Shown here in pieces: positions 45,421 through 55,654 of a stretch of DNA of 64,000 nucleotides. Under the pieces are notes generated by a model. That model was not told the DNA's origin. It worked only from the letters and a program-made list of their open reading frames with translations, and ran no database searches. A program made the translations under genes and the position numbers. Every line of letters begins with the position of its first letter. Position 1 is the first letter of the stretch. Origin of the DNA: Chthoniobacteraceae bacterium. Lineage in GTDB: Bacteria; Verrucomicrobiota; Verrucomicrobiia; Chthoniobacterales; Chthoniobacteraceae. The stretch is from the NCBI GenBank assembly GCA_040081625.1, contig JBEBGD010000009.1, positions 36,686 through 100,685 on the forward strand. The letters are read 5' to 3'.

Positions 45421-46524
45421 GTGCGCCCCGAGCTGCGAGTCCGCCGGCCGTGCTGGCGCGCACGAATCATCGTCGCGTTGTTTGCGACGGTGCTCGCATT
45501 CTGCGCCGGCGAGCTGCTCACGCGGATGCTCGCACGCGAGACGGCGATCCTTTTCCCGCGCTACCACACCGGCGCGACCTACGGGGAGTATCAGCTCCGA
45601 CGGCTGCGGCCGAAGACGACATTCCTGCACACGAGCGCGGATGGCCGATGGGCATTCACGACGAATGCTCAGGGTTTTCGCGACAGGCGCGACTGGACCC
45701 ACGAGCGCACGCCCGGCGTCGGCCGCGTGCTCGTGCTCGGCGATTCGCAGACGCAGGGTTTCGAGTGCCGGCAGGACCGGACGTATTGCGCGATTCTCGA
45801 GCGGCGGCTGCGCGCGCTCGGCAAGCCGACGGAAGTGCTCAACACCGGCGTCTCCGGCTTCGGCACCGCGGAGCAGCTCGCCTTCCTCGAAAACGAAGGG
45901 CTCAAGTATCGGCCGGATGCGGTCGTGCTCGGATGGTTTGCCAACGATCTCGACGACAACGTGAAGGCCGGCCTTTTCGCCGTGCGCGACGGGAAGCTCG
46001 TGGCGACGGAAAAACGCGCGCACCAGCCCGGCGTCGCGGTGCTCGACGCGCTCAATCGCTGGGCGCCGATGCGATGGCTGAGCGAGCACTCATATTTCTA
46101 CTCGCTGCTTTTCAACCGCGTGTGGGAATGGCGCAAAGGTCTGCTGACCCGGGAAGCGAATGCGTCCGTCGCGAAGGAATTCGCCGGCGCCGCGCCGACA
46201 CCCGACGCCGCGGTCGGCGACTACCAGCGGCTCCTCGCGGCGAAGCTCGTCGAGCGGATGGCAGCCGTGTGCCGGCAGAATGGCGTGCGCTTCGTCATCG
46301 CGGAAATCCCCGCATTCAAGACGACGGGCGACTTCGACGCGTCGCCCTCCGCGCCTCTGCTGCCCGCCTTCCGCGAGCACTGCTACGCTCTGCTTCCGGC
46401 TGAGGAATGGCTCGGGCCGTATCGCGGGCTGACCGATCTTTTCGTCGCGCACGGCCAGCAGCACATCTCGGAGACCACGCACCTCATCCTCGGCGTGGCA
46501 CTCGCGGAAAAGCTCGCGCGCTGA
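45421..46524 (+). CDS. SGNH/GDSL hydrolase-like membrane-anchored protein (possible polysaccharide O-acyltransferase component)
   Basis: TM anchor, TNAQGFRD, LGDS, NTGVSG, NDL, QHIS. Start uncertain. Confidence 0.7.
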   Translation: MRPELRVRRPCWRARIIVALFATVLAFCAGELLTRMLARETAILFPRYHTGATYGEYQLRRLRPKTTFLHTSADGRWAFTTNAQGFRDRRDWTHERTPGVGRVLVLGDSQTQGFECRQDRTYCAILERRLRALGKPTEVLNTGVSGFGTAEQLAFLENEGLKYRPDAVVLGWFANDLDDNVKAGLFAVRDGKLVATEKRAHQPGVAVLDALNRWAPMRWLSEHSYFYSLLFNRVWEWRKGLLTREANASVAKEFAGAAPTPDAAVGDYQRLLAAKLVERMAAVCRQNGVRFVIAEIPAFKTTGDFDASPSAPLLPAFREHCYALLPAEEWLGPYRGLTDLFVAHGQQHISETTHLILGVALAEKLAR

Positions 46525-46526
46525 CC

Positions 46527-47216
46527 TCAGCGATACCGCACCGCGTCGTTGTGAATCCGCGGCGCGAGCTGGCTGATGAAGCCCTCCAGCATCTCGTTCA
46601 CCGCCTTCTCATCCCGGCCGAACTTGCTCTGTCCCGCGGTGATATTCGCCGCCACCATCATCATCGCCCAGCGCTGCACGTAGCCGCCGCCGACGCGATC
46701 GACCGTGTCCATCCACACGCGTTCGGTGTGCGATGCCGTCAACTTGCTGCTCCCGGCGAACCAGTAGTAGCAGACGTTTTCCACGGGCACGAGCACGCCG
46801 CCGCGCCGCTGCTCGGTGCGATGGTTTTTCAGCCGCGTCGCCGGCAGTCGCCCCTCGCCGGGCACATCGATCGCGACGCTGCCGCCTGGCGTGACGGCCC
46901 AGCCTTGCGCAGGCAGACAGCGCTCGGGGCGATGAATGCCGGTCATCATGTCCTCGCCGGCCAGCACCATGGAGACGAGCACGCTGTCGCCACGGCCATT
47001 CGAGTATTCCTTGCGCGCGATCTGCGTGTCGGCGCCGAGCACGTCGTGCTCGTGCTGCGTGACTTCGATCTCGCGGCCCCACCACTCGCCGAGCCCCTCG
47101 GGGAGGTTCACCACCACTCCGACGGGCATGTAGCCGAGCTGCTTCGGCAGCAGATACACGCTGCTCAAGCCGGCGAGCATCAGCGCGAGCAGAATCGCGA
47201 GACGGCTAGTAGTCAT
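46527..47216 (-). CDS. epsI: Exosortase-associated EpsI family protein
   Basis: IHRPERCLPAQGW, CYYWF; directly downstream of the exosortase. Confidence 0.8.
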   Translation of the reverse strand: MTTSRLAILLALMLAGLSSVYLLPKQLGYMPVGVVVNLPEGLGEWWGREIEVTQHEHDVLGADTQIARKEYSNGRGDSVLVSMVLAGEDMMTGIHRPERCLPAQGWAVTPGGSVAIDVPGEGRLPATRLKNHRTEQRRGGVLVPVENVCYYWFAGSSKLTASHTERVWMDTVDRVGGGYVQRWAMMMVAANITAGQSKFGRDEKAVNEMLEGFISQLAPRIHNDAVRYR

Positions 47217-48267
47217 ACGAGATCGGGCCGGGCTCGGGGCGCTTGGCTTCGCCGGGTTCCGCGGTTGCGGCCGGCGCATGCGCGGGCTTTTCGGGCGTAA
47301 GCCAGCGCGCGGTGAGTTTCGAGAAGTCGATCTTCAACAACTCGTGAAACCCGAGCATCGCGCCGATGGCGATCGGGATGGTGATGATGAAGCCGGAGAT
47401 GTCGTGCCACGGCCCGGTGCCAAACTTTTCGCCGAACCATTTCGAGGCGAGGATGATCGTGAACACGCGCACCAGGTTCCCGAGCACGGTGGCGGGCAGC
47501 GTCGTCGCGACGATCGCCACCTTTTTCCAAAACCGCCCCTCGTTGAAATACGCGTAGAGCAGGCTGAGCATCGTCATGGCGATGAGTGAGCGCACGCCCG
47601 AGCAGCCGCCCGCGACCTGGCATTGGAAGCTGCGATCCTTCGCGATGAGGTTCACTCCATCGCGATCGATGCCGACTCCGACGAGATTCGAAAGGCCGGT
47701 CACCGCGGTGGCAACAAAGCGCTGAAGCGGCTCCGTGTGGCCGAGCAAAAAGCCGATCGGCACCATGAAAAGCAGCAGCCCGCACGGAAACGACGCAAGG
47801 CGCGCCGCCGGCCAGCCCCAGAGGAACCACACGACGCCGAGGATCAACACTGGCAGCGCCACGAGTGCGTAGCGGCCCTGCTGCGCGCGCGCGGCGACGA
47901 CGAAAATGAAGATGCCGACGAAGAGTGGGAGTAATCCCACCCACGACGAGCGCTTCGCGACAGCGGCGAACGACTCGCGCTGAAACCACGCGACGACGAT
48001 GGCGCCCGGCAGGATCAGCGGGCCGTGCTCGAGATCATTACCCTCGTTCCACGCCTCCTGCGCCCAGCGCCAGAAGGAGTGCGGATCGTTCGGGATCAGC
48101 GGCGTGTAACCGCCGTAGAACCAAACCAGCGTGCCGACCAGCGCCACGAGCATCGCCGCCGCGGGCGCATTCGCCATGCACCAGTGGCCGAAACGGCGTA
48201 GTCCGTCGAGCACCGTGGCGGGTGCGCGCGAGCCTGGATCGATGCTGGATGAAGCCGGGGCGCTCAT
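47206..48267 (-). CDS. Exosortase family transpeptidase
   Basis: HGPLI, GCSGVRS, NLVRV, WHD (Cys-Arg-His triad). Start uncertain. Confidence 0.88.
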   Translation of the reverse strand: MSAPASSSIDPGSRAPATVLDGLRRFGHWCMANAPAAAMLVALVGTLVWFYGGYTPLIPNDPHSFWRWAQEAWNEGNDLEHGPLILPGAIVVAWFQRESFAAVAKRSSWVGLLPLFVGIFIFVVAARAQQGRYALVALPVLILGVVWFLWGWPAARLASFPCGLLLFMVPIGFLLGHTEPLQRFVATAVTGLSNLVGVGIDRDGVNLIAKDRSFQCQVAGGCSGVRSLIAMTMLSLLYAYFNEGRFWKKVAIVATTLPATVLGNLVRVFTIILASKWFGEKFGTGPWHDISGFIITIPIAIGAMLGFHELLKIDFSKLTARWLTPEKPAHAPAATAEPGEAKRPEPGPISYDY

Positions 48268-48358
48268 CGCGGGCACGCTAGCGCGATCCATCGAGATCGT
48301 CGAGCGCTCGCGGCATGGCCGATGTGCCCGACGTGAGTGGTGACTCTGCCATGCATGG

Positions 48359-48877
48359 TCATTCGATGAGTTCGGCCAGGCGAAGGCGAGCGATCTTCGC
48401 GACTTCAGCGAGCGCCGTCTTGAACTCGAGATCGCGCGGGTTTTCGAGCCTGGCGCGGAGGGCGGCGAGGATGGCATCTTTCGGGTGGCGGGGCGCGCTG
48501 ACGATGAACGGGAAGCCGAAGCGCTCGCGATACCCGGCATCGAGACGCTGAAACTCGGCGACTTCGTCCGGCGCGAGCGCGTCGGGGCCGGCGCTGGATT
48601 GCCCGGGCGTAGTTGCCGTCGGGGGCGTCGTCACCTGCGCGATGAAGCCGGGATGCGCGCGGAGTAATGCCAGCCGTTCAGTCTTTGGTGCGCGCTCGAT
48701 CTCGGCAATGAAGGCGCCTTGCAACTCGTCGAGCGAGGTGAAGGGCCGTGCTCCCGCGACCCGCACGGCGAAGTGAGGTGACTGCTCGATTATTCCGCGG
48801 AGCGCGCGGACGAATTTCTCGCGTCTGATAGTGTTGAGAGCGGCGAGGGAAACTCGGGCTTCGGAAGGAGGTGGCAT
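48359..48877 (-). CDS. uraD: OHCU decarboxylase-like protein
   Basis: LLRAHP, YRERFGFPFIV, EVAKIARLRL. Confidence 0.75.
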   Translation of the reverse strand: MPPPSEARVSLAALNTIRREKFVRALRGIIEQSPHFAVRVAGARPFTSLDELQGAFIAEIERAPKTERLALLRAHPGFIAQVTTPPTATTPGQSSAGPDALAPDEVAEFQRLDAGYRERFGFPFIVSAPRHPKDAILAALRARLENPRDLEFKTALAEVAKIARLRLAELIE

Positions 48878-49034
48878 GGCGGAAATTGCGAATCCATGAA
48901 ACGGTCCGTTTATCGATTCGGCAAGCGGTTGTGTGCAGGCGCGGGTGAATCGAGACGACGATCGAGAGCGAACAGCCAACCAAGGTGTAGTTGCCGCCGC
49001 CGCGATGCCCCGGCTTAGTCCGACCCCTTCACCC

Positions 49035-49655
49035 ATGCTCAAGACCATCCTCCTCGCCTCCGTCCTCGCCCTTCCCTGCTACGCCGGGAAAAACACCGCG
49101 CTCAAGCCGATCCTCGCGAAAGCGGGCAAGACGGTGCTCGAGCAGAACTTCGACAGCGCCGCGCTCGACAAGCCGTGGACCGTCGCAAAGGGCGACTGGC
49201 AGATCGCGGGCGGCGCGATCGTCGGCAGGGAGAAGCCCGAGGACAAACACGCGGCCGTGCTTTCGCTCGCGCTGCCGAGCAAGGATTCGATCGTCCAGTT
49301 CTCGGTCAAGCTCGACGGCGCGAAGGGGGTCAGCCTCAGCTTCAATCACGCGAAGGGGCACCTCTTCCGCGTCGTCATCAACAACGCCGGCTTCACGATC
49401 AACAAGGACGGCGACAAGAAGGACAAAAGCATCAAGGCCGCCGTGCTCGCAAAGGCGGCGGGCAAGTTTGAGCCGGGCGAGTGGGTGACGATGCTCGTCG
49501 AGGTGAAGGGCGAGAAGGTATCCGTCCAGGCCGACAACGGCGCGAAGGCCGAAGGCAGCGACCCGCGGCTGGCGATGGAGAAGGTGAACTACCGCTTCGT
49601 CACTCAAGGCGCGTCCGTGCAGATCGACGATCTGAAGATCTCGCTGGCCGAATAG
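49035..49655 (+). CDS. Secreted beta-sandwich hypothetical protein (DUF1080-like)
   Basis: Signal peptide, KGDWQI, EWVTMLVE, IDDLKI. Confidence 0.7.
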   Translation: MLKTILLASVLALPCYAGKNTALKPILAKAGKTVLEQNFDSAALDKPWTVAKGDWQIAGGAIVGREKPEDKHAAVLSLALPSKDSIVQFSVKLDGAKGVSLSFNHAKGHLFRVVINNAGFTINKDGDKKDKSIKAAVLAKAAGKFEPGEWVTMLVEVKGEKVSVQADNGAKAEGSDPRLAMEKVNYRFVTQGASVQIDDLKISLAE

Positions 49656-49682
49656 ACGCAGGCCACCATTTCGCTCCCCCCA

Positions 49683-50786
49683 ATGAGCCCGACCCACCTC
49701 TTTCCCCGACGGGAATTTCTCAAGACGACCGCCGCCGCGCTCGCCGGCAGCACCTTCGCCCGCGCTGCCGCTGCGCCGGTGAAGATCGGCGAGGGCAACT
49801 GGACTTACACGCTCGACGCGAGTTGGGGACGGTTGCCCGAGGGGATGGACTTCGGGCTCGGCTGCGGCGTCGTGGCTGACGGGCGCGGGAGGATCGTCGT
49901 CACGTCGCGCTCGGCGAATCCGTGCGTGGCGATCTTCGACAAGTCGGGCACGCTGATCGAGACGTGGAGCAACAACTTCGCGGAGAAAGTCGGCTTCACG
50001 ACCGAGCAGGTGAAGCAGACCGCGCACGGCATCTACTGGAGCAAGGAAGGCGCGGATGAGTTTTTCTACTTCACCGAGAACGTGGCGAAGGAGGACCCGA
50101 AGCTCGGCAGGCGCGTGTATAAGACCGACCTCAGCGGCAGGATCCTCTACACGATCGGCAACGTCGCGAGCGCGGACGTGACGCGCCAGAAGTTCGACTG
50201 GACGAGCCCGACCGACGTCGCCGTCGCGCCGAATGGCGACATCTACGTCGTCGATGGCTACGGCTCCCAGCGCGTGAGCCGCTTCGACAAATCGTGGAAG
50301 CATCTCAAGACGATCGGCGCGAAGACCGACCCGAAGGACAAGGGAGCGAAGGCGCCGAACGACACGTTCTTCACCTGCCACGGCATCTGGGTCGATACGC
50401 GCAGGAGCGAGCCGGAGATTTACATCGCCGACCGCAGCAACGCCCGGCTGCAAGTCTTCACGCCGGCGCTCGACTACAAGCGCACGATCTCCGGCGATGC
50501 GGTGCGCAATCCGTGCTGCTTCTACCAGCACGCCGGCCACCTCTACGTGCCGGACCTCGCCGCGATGGTGACGATCTGGAACGACAAGGACGAGTGCGTG
50601 GCGAAGCTCGGCGACGGCCGCGGGCTCGCCGGCGGCGGCGCGAAGGCGGCACGCGACATGGACACGATGCATGGCGGAAAGTTTTTCGCGCCGCACGCGC
50701 TGACCGTGGACGACGAGGGCAGCATCTACGTGGTCGAGTGGGTCGGATGGGGCCGGGTGCGGAAGTTCCGCCACACGCCGGCGTAG
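49683..50786 (+). CDS. Tat-exported NHL-repeat protein (PAL-like)
   Basis: PRREFLK twin-arginine signal; PTDVAVAPNGDIYVVDGYG, CHG, IADRSN, APHAL. Confidence 0.85.
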   Translation: MSPTHLFPRREFLKTTAAALAGSTFARAAAAPVKIGEGNWTYTLDASWGRLPEGMDFGLGCGVVADGRGRIVVTSRSANPCVAIFDKSGTLIETWSNNFAEKVGFTTEQVKQTAHGIYWSKEGADEFFYFTENVAKEDPKLGRRVYKTDLSGRILYTIGNVASADVTRQKFDWTSPTDVAVAPNGDIYVVDGYGSQRVSRFDKSWKHLKTIGAKTDPKDKGAKAPNDTFFTCHGIWVDTRRSEPEIYIADRSNARLQVFTPALDYKRTISGDAVRNPCCFYQHAGHLYVPDLAAMVTIWNDKDECVAKLGDGRGLAGGGAKAARDMDTMHGGKFFAPHALTVDDEGSIYVVEWVGWGRVRKFRHTPA

Positions 50787-50855
50787 TCGCTCCGTGCGCG
50801 CTGTCCGGATGCGTTGTTGCTCCGCGCGCTGCCGTATGGCTGCCTCGCTCCCCGC

Positions 50856-52022
50856 ATGAATCCCGCTCCCGCCGCCCCGCCCGTCCGCACGCCCGACCCG
50901 CGCGTCGAGGTCGCGTGGTTTTCCGCGCTGTGCAGCGACGACTACGAATTCCTCGGCGTGCCCGATGGCGCGCTGCGCAGCAGCTACGAGCATTGCGGCG
51001 ACATCGTGAAGACGGCGGACGCGCGCGGGTATCAAAACATCCTCCTGCCGTCGGGCTGGATCGCGGGGCAGGACCCGATGACGTTTGCCGCGGCGATGGC
51101 GGCCCAGACGTGGCAGATCAATCAGCTCGTCGCGCTGCGAATGGGCGAGGTGTGGCCGCCGATGCTCGCGCGGGCGATCGCGACGGTGGACCACATCGCA
51201 CAGGGGCGGCTGACGATTAACATCATCTCGAGCGACCTGCCGGGGCTGAAGGAATCGAACGAGGACCGCTACGACCGATCGAGCGAGATCATCCAGATAC
51301 TGCAAAAGCTGTGGACGGTGGACGGACCGCTGGAGTGGAAGGGGCGCTTCTACAACTTCACGCTGCCGAACACGACGCCGGCGAAGACGTGGCAGCAGAA
51401 CGGCGGGCCGCTGCTTTACTTCGGCGGCATTTCGCCCGCGGCGCAGGAGCTGTGCGCGAAGCATTGCGACGTGTTCCTCATGTGGCCGGAGACCGAGGAC
51501 CGGCTCGCGGAGACGATGCGCGGCATGAGCGCGCTCGCGGCGAAGCACGGTCGCGTGATCGACTTCGGCCTGCGCGTCCACGTGATCGTGCGCGAGACCG
51601 AGAGCGAAGCACGCGACGCGGCGAAGCGGCTGATCTCGAAGCTCGACCTGGCCAAGGGCGCGGAGATCAAGGCGCGCTCCCAGGACAGCAAGAGCGCGGG
51701 CGTGACCCGGCAGGACGAGTTGCGTGCGAAGGCGGACGCGGACCTTTTCATCGAGGAGCGCCTGTGGTCCGGCGTGGGCCTCGCGCGAAGTGGCTGCGGC
51801 AGCGCGATCGTGGGCGACCCGGATCAAATCGTGGCGAAGCTCGAGCGCTACATCGCGATGGGGATGCGCTCGTTCGTGCTCTCGGGTTATCCGCACCAGC
51901 CGGAGTGCGAACTTTTTGCGCGCCACGTCCTGCCGCGGCTGAAGACGTGCAAGCTCAACGAAGTGCAGGGGCGCAAGATCGCCGCTCCCGCGACGCCGCT
52001 CACGACCGCACCCCGTTTCTAA
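50856..52022 (+). CDS. LLM-class flavin-dependent monooxygenase, sulfoquinovose monooxygenase (SmoC/SquD)-like
   Basis: [61 protein letters not shown]. The LLM family call is secure; the subfamily call is from memory. Confidence 0.8.
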   Translation: MNPAPAAPPVRTPDPRVEVAWFSALCSDDYEFLGVPDGALRSSYEHCGDIVKTADARGYQNILLPSGWIAGQDPMTFAAAMAAQTWQINQLVALRMGEVWPPMLARAIATVDHIAQGRLTINIISSDLPGLKESNEDRYDRSSEIIQILQKLWTVDGPLEWKGRFYNFTLPNTTPAKTWQQNGGPLLYFGGISPAAQELCAKHCDVFLMWPETEDRLAETMRGMSALAAKHGRVIDFGLRVHVIVRETESEARDAAKRLISKLDLAKGAEIKARSQDSKSAGVTRQDELRAKADADLFIEERLWSGVGLARSGCGSAIVGDPDQIVAKLERYIAMGMRSFVLSGYPHQPECELFARHVLPRLKTCKLNEVQGRKIAAPATPLTTAPRF

Positions 52023-52026
52023 AACT

Positions 52027-53055
52027 ATGTCTCAACCAGTTCGTTTCGCTCTCATCGGTTTCGGCGCATGGGGAAGTCATCACGCTCGCGCGATGGCCGA
52101 GTCACCGCGCGCGGAGTTGGTCGCGATCGCGGCGCGCTCGGAGAAAAGCCAGGCCGCGGCGCGCGAGGCGCATCCCGGGGTGCGCGTGGTGGGCGACTAT
52201 CGCGAGTTGCTCGGCGATCCGGCTATCGAGGCGGTCGATGTCGTGCTGCCGTCGCACCTGCATCATCGCGTCGGGCTCGACGTGCTCGCGGCGGGCAAGC
52301 ATCTGCTCATGGAGAAGCCGATGGGGATCAGCGAAGCGGAGTGCGCGGACCTCGTGGCGAGCGCGGCGGAGCGCGGCCTGAAGCTCGCGGTCGGGCACGA
52401 GATGCGGCTCTCGGCGCTGTGGGGCAAGGCGAAGCAGATGATCGACGACGGGGCGATCGGCGATCCGCTCTATGTGCTGATCGAGCTGTGGCGCCGGCCT
52501 TACCGCCTCGGCGCGGATGGGTGGCGCTACGACATCGAGCGAGTGGGCAATTGGATCCTCGAGGAGCCGATTCACTTTTTCGACCTCGCGCGGTGGTATC
52601 TCTCGAAGCTCGGTGACCCGGTGAGCGTGTTCGCGCGGGCGAACTCGCGGCAGGCCGGGCATCCCGAGTTGCAGGACAATTTCAGCGCGATCGTAAATTT
52701 CCCCGGCGGCGCCTACGCGGTGATCTCGCAGACGCTCGCGGCGTTCGAACATCATCAGGTCGTGAAAGTGACGGGGACCACCGGCGCGCTGTGGGCGAGT
52801 TGGAGCGGCGCGAAGGATCGCACATTCACGCCGACCTACGGGCTGAAGCATCTCGCCGGTGAGGAGGTGCTCGACGTGCCGATCGAGAAGTCTTCAGGCG
52901 AGGTCTTCGAGCTGGTCGATCAACTCACGGCGTTTTGCGCGGCGGTGCAGGATGGCGCGCCGCTGCCGGCCACGGGCGAAGACGGGCGCTGGAGCGTGGC
53001 GATGTGCCTGAGCGCTCAGCAGTCGGTCGATGCCGGGGAACCGATCGCGTTTTAA
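52027..53055 (+). CDS. Gfo/Idh/MocA family oxidoreductase
   Basis: IGFGAWG, MEKP, IHFFDL. Confidence 0.9.
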   Translation: MSQPVRFALIGFGAWGSHHARAMAESPRAELVAIAARSEKSQAAAREAHPGVRVVGDYRELLGDPAIEAVDVVLPSHLHHRVGLDVLAAGKHLLMEKPMGISEAECADLVASAAERGLKLAVGHEMRLSALWGKAKQMIDDGAIGDPLYVLIELWRRPYRLGADGWRYDIERVGNWILEEPIHFFDLARWYLSKLGDPVSVFARANSRQAGHPELQDNFSAIVNFPGGAYAVISQTLAAFEHHQVVKVTGTTGALWASWSGAKDRTFTPTYGLKHLAGEEVLDVPIEKSSGEVFELVDQLTAFCAAVQDGAPLPATGEDGRWSVAMCLSAQQSVDAGEPIAF

Positions 53056-53057
53056 CG

Positions 53058-54326
53058 ATGGATACTCCGACGAAGTGGTATCACGGAGTAACGCGCTACC
53101 AGTGGCTGGTGGTGATCATCGCATCGGCGGGCTGGGTGTTCGATGCGTTCGAGGGGCAGCTCTTCAACATCGAGCGCAATCAGATGCTCTCCGACATCCT
53201 GCGCGTGCCGCAGAATCACCCGGACGTCCGGCGATGGGGCGAGAATTTCCTCGGCATCTTCCTGCTCGGCGGAACGCTGGGCGGGATTTTCTTCGGCTGG
53301 CTCGGCGACCGATGGGGTCGAAGGCCGACGATGGTGCTGACGATTCTGTTCTACTCGATCTTCTCGGGGCTCACGTATTTCGCGGACTCGCTGTGGCATG
53401 TAGGGGTGCTCCGTTTCCTCGTGGCGATGGGCGTGGGCGGGGAATGGGCGGTGGCGGCGGCTCTTGTCGCGGAGGCGGTGCCGCAGCACGCGCGCGCGCA
53501 CATGTCGGGGCTCTTCCACAGCACGAGCGTGCTCGGGGCGTTCTTTGCGGCGTGGGTCGGGATCGCGGTCGGCGAAAACTGGCGGCTCGCGTTTCTCATC
53601 GGAGTGCTGCCGGCGCTGCTGGTGGTGTGGGTGCGCGCGCGGGTGAAGGAGCCGGAGTCGTGGCACGCGGCGAAGGAGAAGGGTGCGCAGCTCGGCAGCT
53701 TCCGCGATCTGCTGCTCAATCCGCGCTGGGCGAAGCGGGCGATCTTCGGCGTGCTGCTCGCCGCGGTGGGGCTGGGGACGTTCTGGGCGGTCACCGTCGC
53801 GGGACAGGATCTGGCGAAGGATTTCCTCATGCGCGACGGCGTGCCGGTCGCGGAGGCGACATCGCGGGCGAAGTTTGCCTACGGCAATGTGCAGGCGCTC
53901 GGGGCGGCGGTCGGGATGCTGGCGTTCGGCCCACTCGCGGTGAAGTTCGGGCGCAAGCGCGCGTTCGTTTTCTATCACCTCGCGGCGCTGGTCATCGTGC
54001 CGGTGATCTGTTTCGCGCCGACGAGTTACGCGATGTTCCTGCTGCTGCTGCCGATCTTCGGCGGATGCACGCTCGGCATCCACGCGGGCTACGCGGTGTA
54101 TTTCCCGGAGCTATTCCCGAATCACCTGCGCTCGACGGGCACGGGCTTTTGCTTCAACGGTGGACGCTTGATCGCCTCGTCGATGCTCCTCTTTTCCGGG
54201 TGGCTGAAATCGCTGCCCGGAATGGATCTGCGCATGGCGGTGAGCCTGATGGCGCTGCTCTTCCTGCTCGGCTTGCTGGTGCTGGCGTTTCTGCCGGAGA
54301 CGAAAGGCCAGCCGCTGCCGGAGTAG
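53058..54326 (+). CDS. MFS transporter (aromatic acid / sugar acid type)
   Basis: GWVFDAFE, GWLGDRWGRR, GVGGEW, PELFPNHLRSTG. Confidence 0.9.
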   Translation: MDTPTKWYHGVTRYQWLVVIIASAGWVFDAFEGQLFNIERNQMLSDILRVPQNHPDVRRWGENFLGIFLLGGTLGGIFFGWLGDRWGRRPTMVLTILFYSIFSGLTYFADSLWHVGVLRFLVAMGVGGEWAVAAALVAEAVPQHARAHMSGLFHSTSVLGAFFAAWVGIAVGENWRLAFLIGVLPALLVVWVRARVKEPESWHAAKEKGAQLGSFRDLLLNPRWAKRAIFGVLLAAVGLGTFWAVTVAGQDLAKDFLMRDGVPVAEATSRAKFAYGNVQALGAAVGMLAFGPLAVKFGRKRAFVFYHLAALVIVPVICFAPTSYAMFLLLLPIFGGCTLGIHAGYAVYFPELFPNHLRSTGTGFCFNGGRLIASSMLLFSGWLKSLPGMDLRMAVSLMALLFLLGLLVLAFLPETKGQPLPE

Positions 54327-54334
54327 GGCTCAGC

Positions 54335-55534
54335 TTAGAAGCTAAACCACTTCTCCGGGACGACGATGATGTCGTTCGGCTCGAGTTCAACGTCGGGCTT
54401 CCTGCCTTTCTTGAGGTCCACGAGGTTGACCGGAATCTTGCGCTTGGTGCCGTCGGGCATCGCGCGGAGGACGTGCGCGTTCTTCTCGTCGGCGAAGCGG
54501 CTCAGGCCACCGCCGTGCTTGAGGATCGCGCCGTAGGCGGAGAGATGATCGCCTTCCGCCAGGCTGAAGCTGCCGGGACGCCGGACGTTGCCGGTGATGA
54601 AGACGAGGTTTGCGGGTCCCGCGGGGATCGTGATCACGTCGCCTTCGGTGAGGGTGATGTCGGAGTTAAGGCCACCGCCGGCGAGGATTTTCGCGAGGTC
54701 CACTTCCTCGACGACGCTCTTGCCGCCGGCCATGCGCATGATTTTTACACGGGTGATGTCGGCGTTCTTGGTCACGCCGCCGCAGCTCAGGATGAGGCTG
54801 ACGAGGGTCGGAGCGGTGCCGCTCGGGATGCGGTATGGGCGCGGGTTCTTGAATGCGCCGGAAAGAAAGATGAGCGGGCCAGTCTCGACATCGAGGCCGG
54901 AGATGCGCTCGAGCATGACGGTGGCGCGAGTGAGCTGGGAGCCTTCGAGCGCGCGCTTCACGGCCGCCTCGGCCTGCGTGAGGGATTTGCCGACGAGCAT
55001 GACGCGACCGACTTGGGCGAGGATGATGTAACCGCCGCGGCGCACCTGATAGCGGCCGTTGAACGACGGGTCTTCATTCACGAAGATCTCGACGTTTTCG
55101 CCGGGGACGATGACGTCGTGTTCGCCCATCATCGGCGAGGGGCGCAGGCGGTTGATCTCCTGCTCGACGGCGTCGAGTTCATCGCGGCCGACTTTGACGC
55201 GAGCCTCCCAGTCCTTGATCTCGGTGCTCAGCTTCTCGACCTGCTCGGCGTTGCCGACGGCGCTTTGGACGGCGAGCTTTTTCTGCGCCGCCTCGAGCTT
55301 GGTTTTGCCATACTGGATCTCGCGCTCGAGCGTCTCACGCTTTTCCTCGAGGTCGTCGATACTCGCGGAGCCACGGCTGGCCGGGTTCGGAGTGACCGGC
55401 GCGGGAGTTTCGTAAATGCCGATTTTCGGGTCTTTGAACCCGGGCGCGCCCGGCGGCCTGCTCTGAGCTTGAGCCGCGAGGTTGCCGAGCAGCAGGGCGA
55501 TGAAACCGATGACGATTGGAATGCGATGAGTCAT
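54335..55534 (-). CDS. Polysaccharide export (OPX) protein with SLBB domains and N-terminal coiled coil
   Basis: IVPGENVEI...GGYIIL..VG (PES-like), two SLBB units, ends DIIVVPEKWFSF. Confidence 0.8.
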   Translation of the reverse strand: MTHRIPIVIGFIALLLGNLAAQAQSRPPGAPGFKDPKIGIYETPAPVTPNPASRGSASIDDLEEKRETLEREIQYGKTKLEAAQKKLAVQSAVGNAEQVEKLSTEIKDWEARVKVGRDELDAVEQEINRLRPSPMMGEHDVIVPGENVEIFVNEDPSFNGRYQVRRGGYIILAQVGRVMLVGKSLTQAEAAVKRALEGSQLTRATVMLERISGLDVETGPLIFLSGAFKNPRPYRIPSGTAPTLVSLILSCGGVTKNADITRVKIMRMAGGKSVVEEVDLAKILAGGGLNSDITLTEGDVITIPAGPANLVFITGNVRRPGSFSLAEGDHLSAYGAILKHGGGLSRFADEKNAHVLRAMPDGTKRKIPVNLVDLKKGRKPDVELEPNDIIVVPEKWFSF

Positions 55535-55654
55535 TCGAAGGAGGGATGGTTGGTTGGTTTTTGGATGCGGAGAAGACTGTAGATTCCGAGAAGCGCGACG
55601 GCGATTAGCGAAACAGAGACGGGGCGTCAAGCGAGTCTCACGCCAAGCTTTCTG

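Noticed and set aside
46527..48267. Local PEP-CTERM substrates for the exosortase
   Set aside because: No protein in the window ends in PEP-TM-basic tail; exosortase plus EpsI is a known system.
49029..51926. 965-aa antisense ORF (also 53030-55582, 26339-28807, 17988-19754 and others)
   Set aside because: Shadow ORFs of well-supported genes in a high-GC genome; Arg/Ala-rich with no recognisable motifs.
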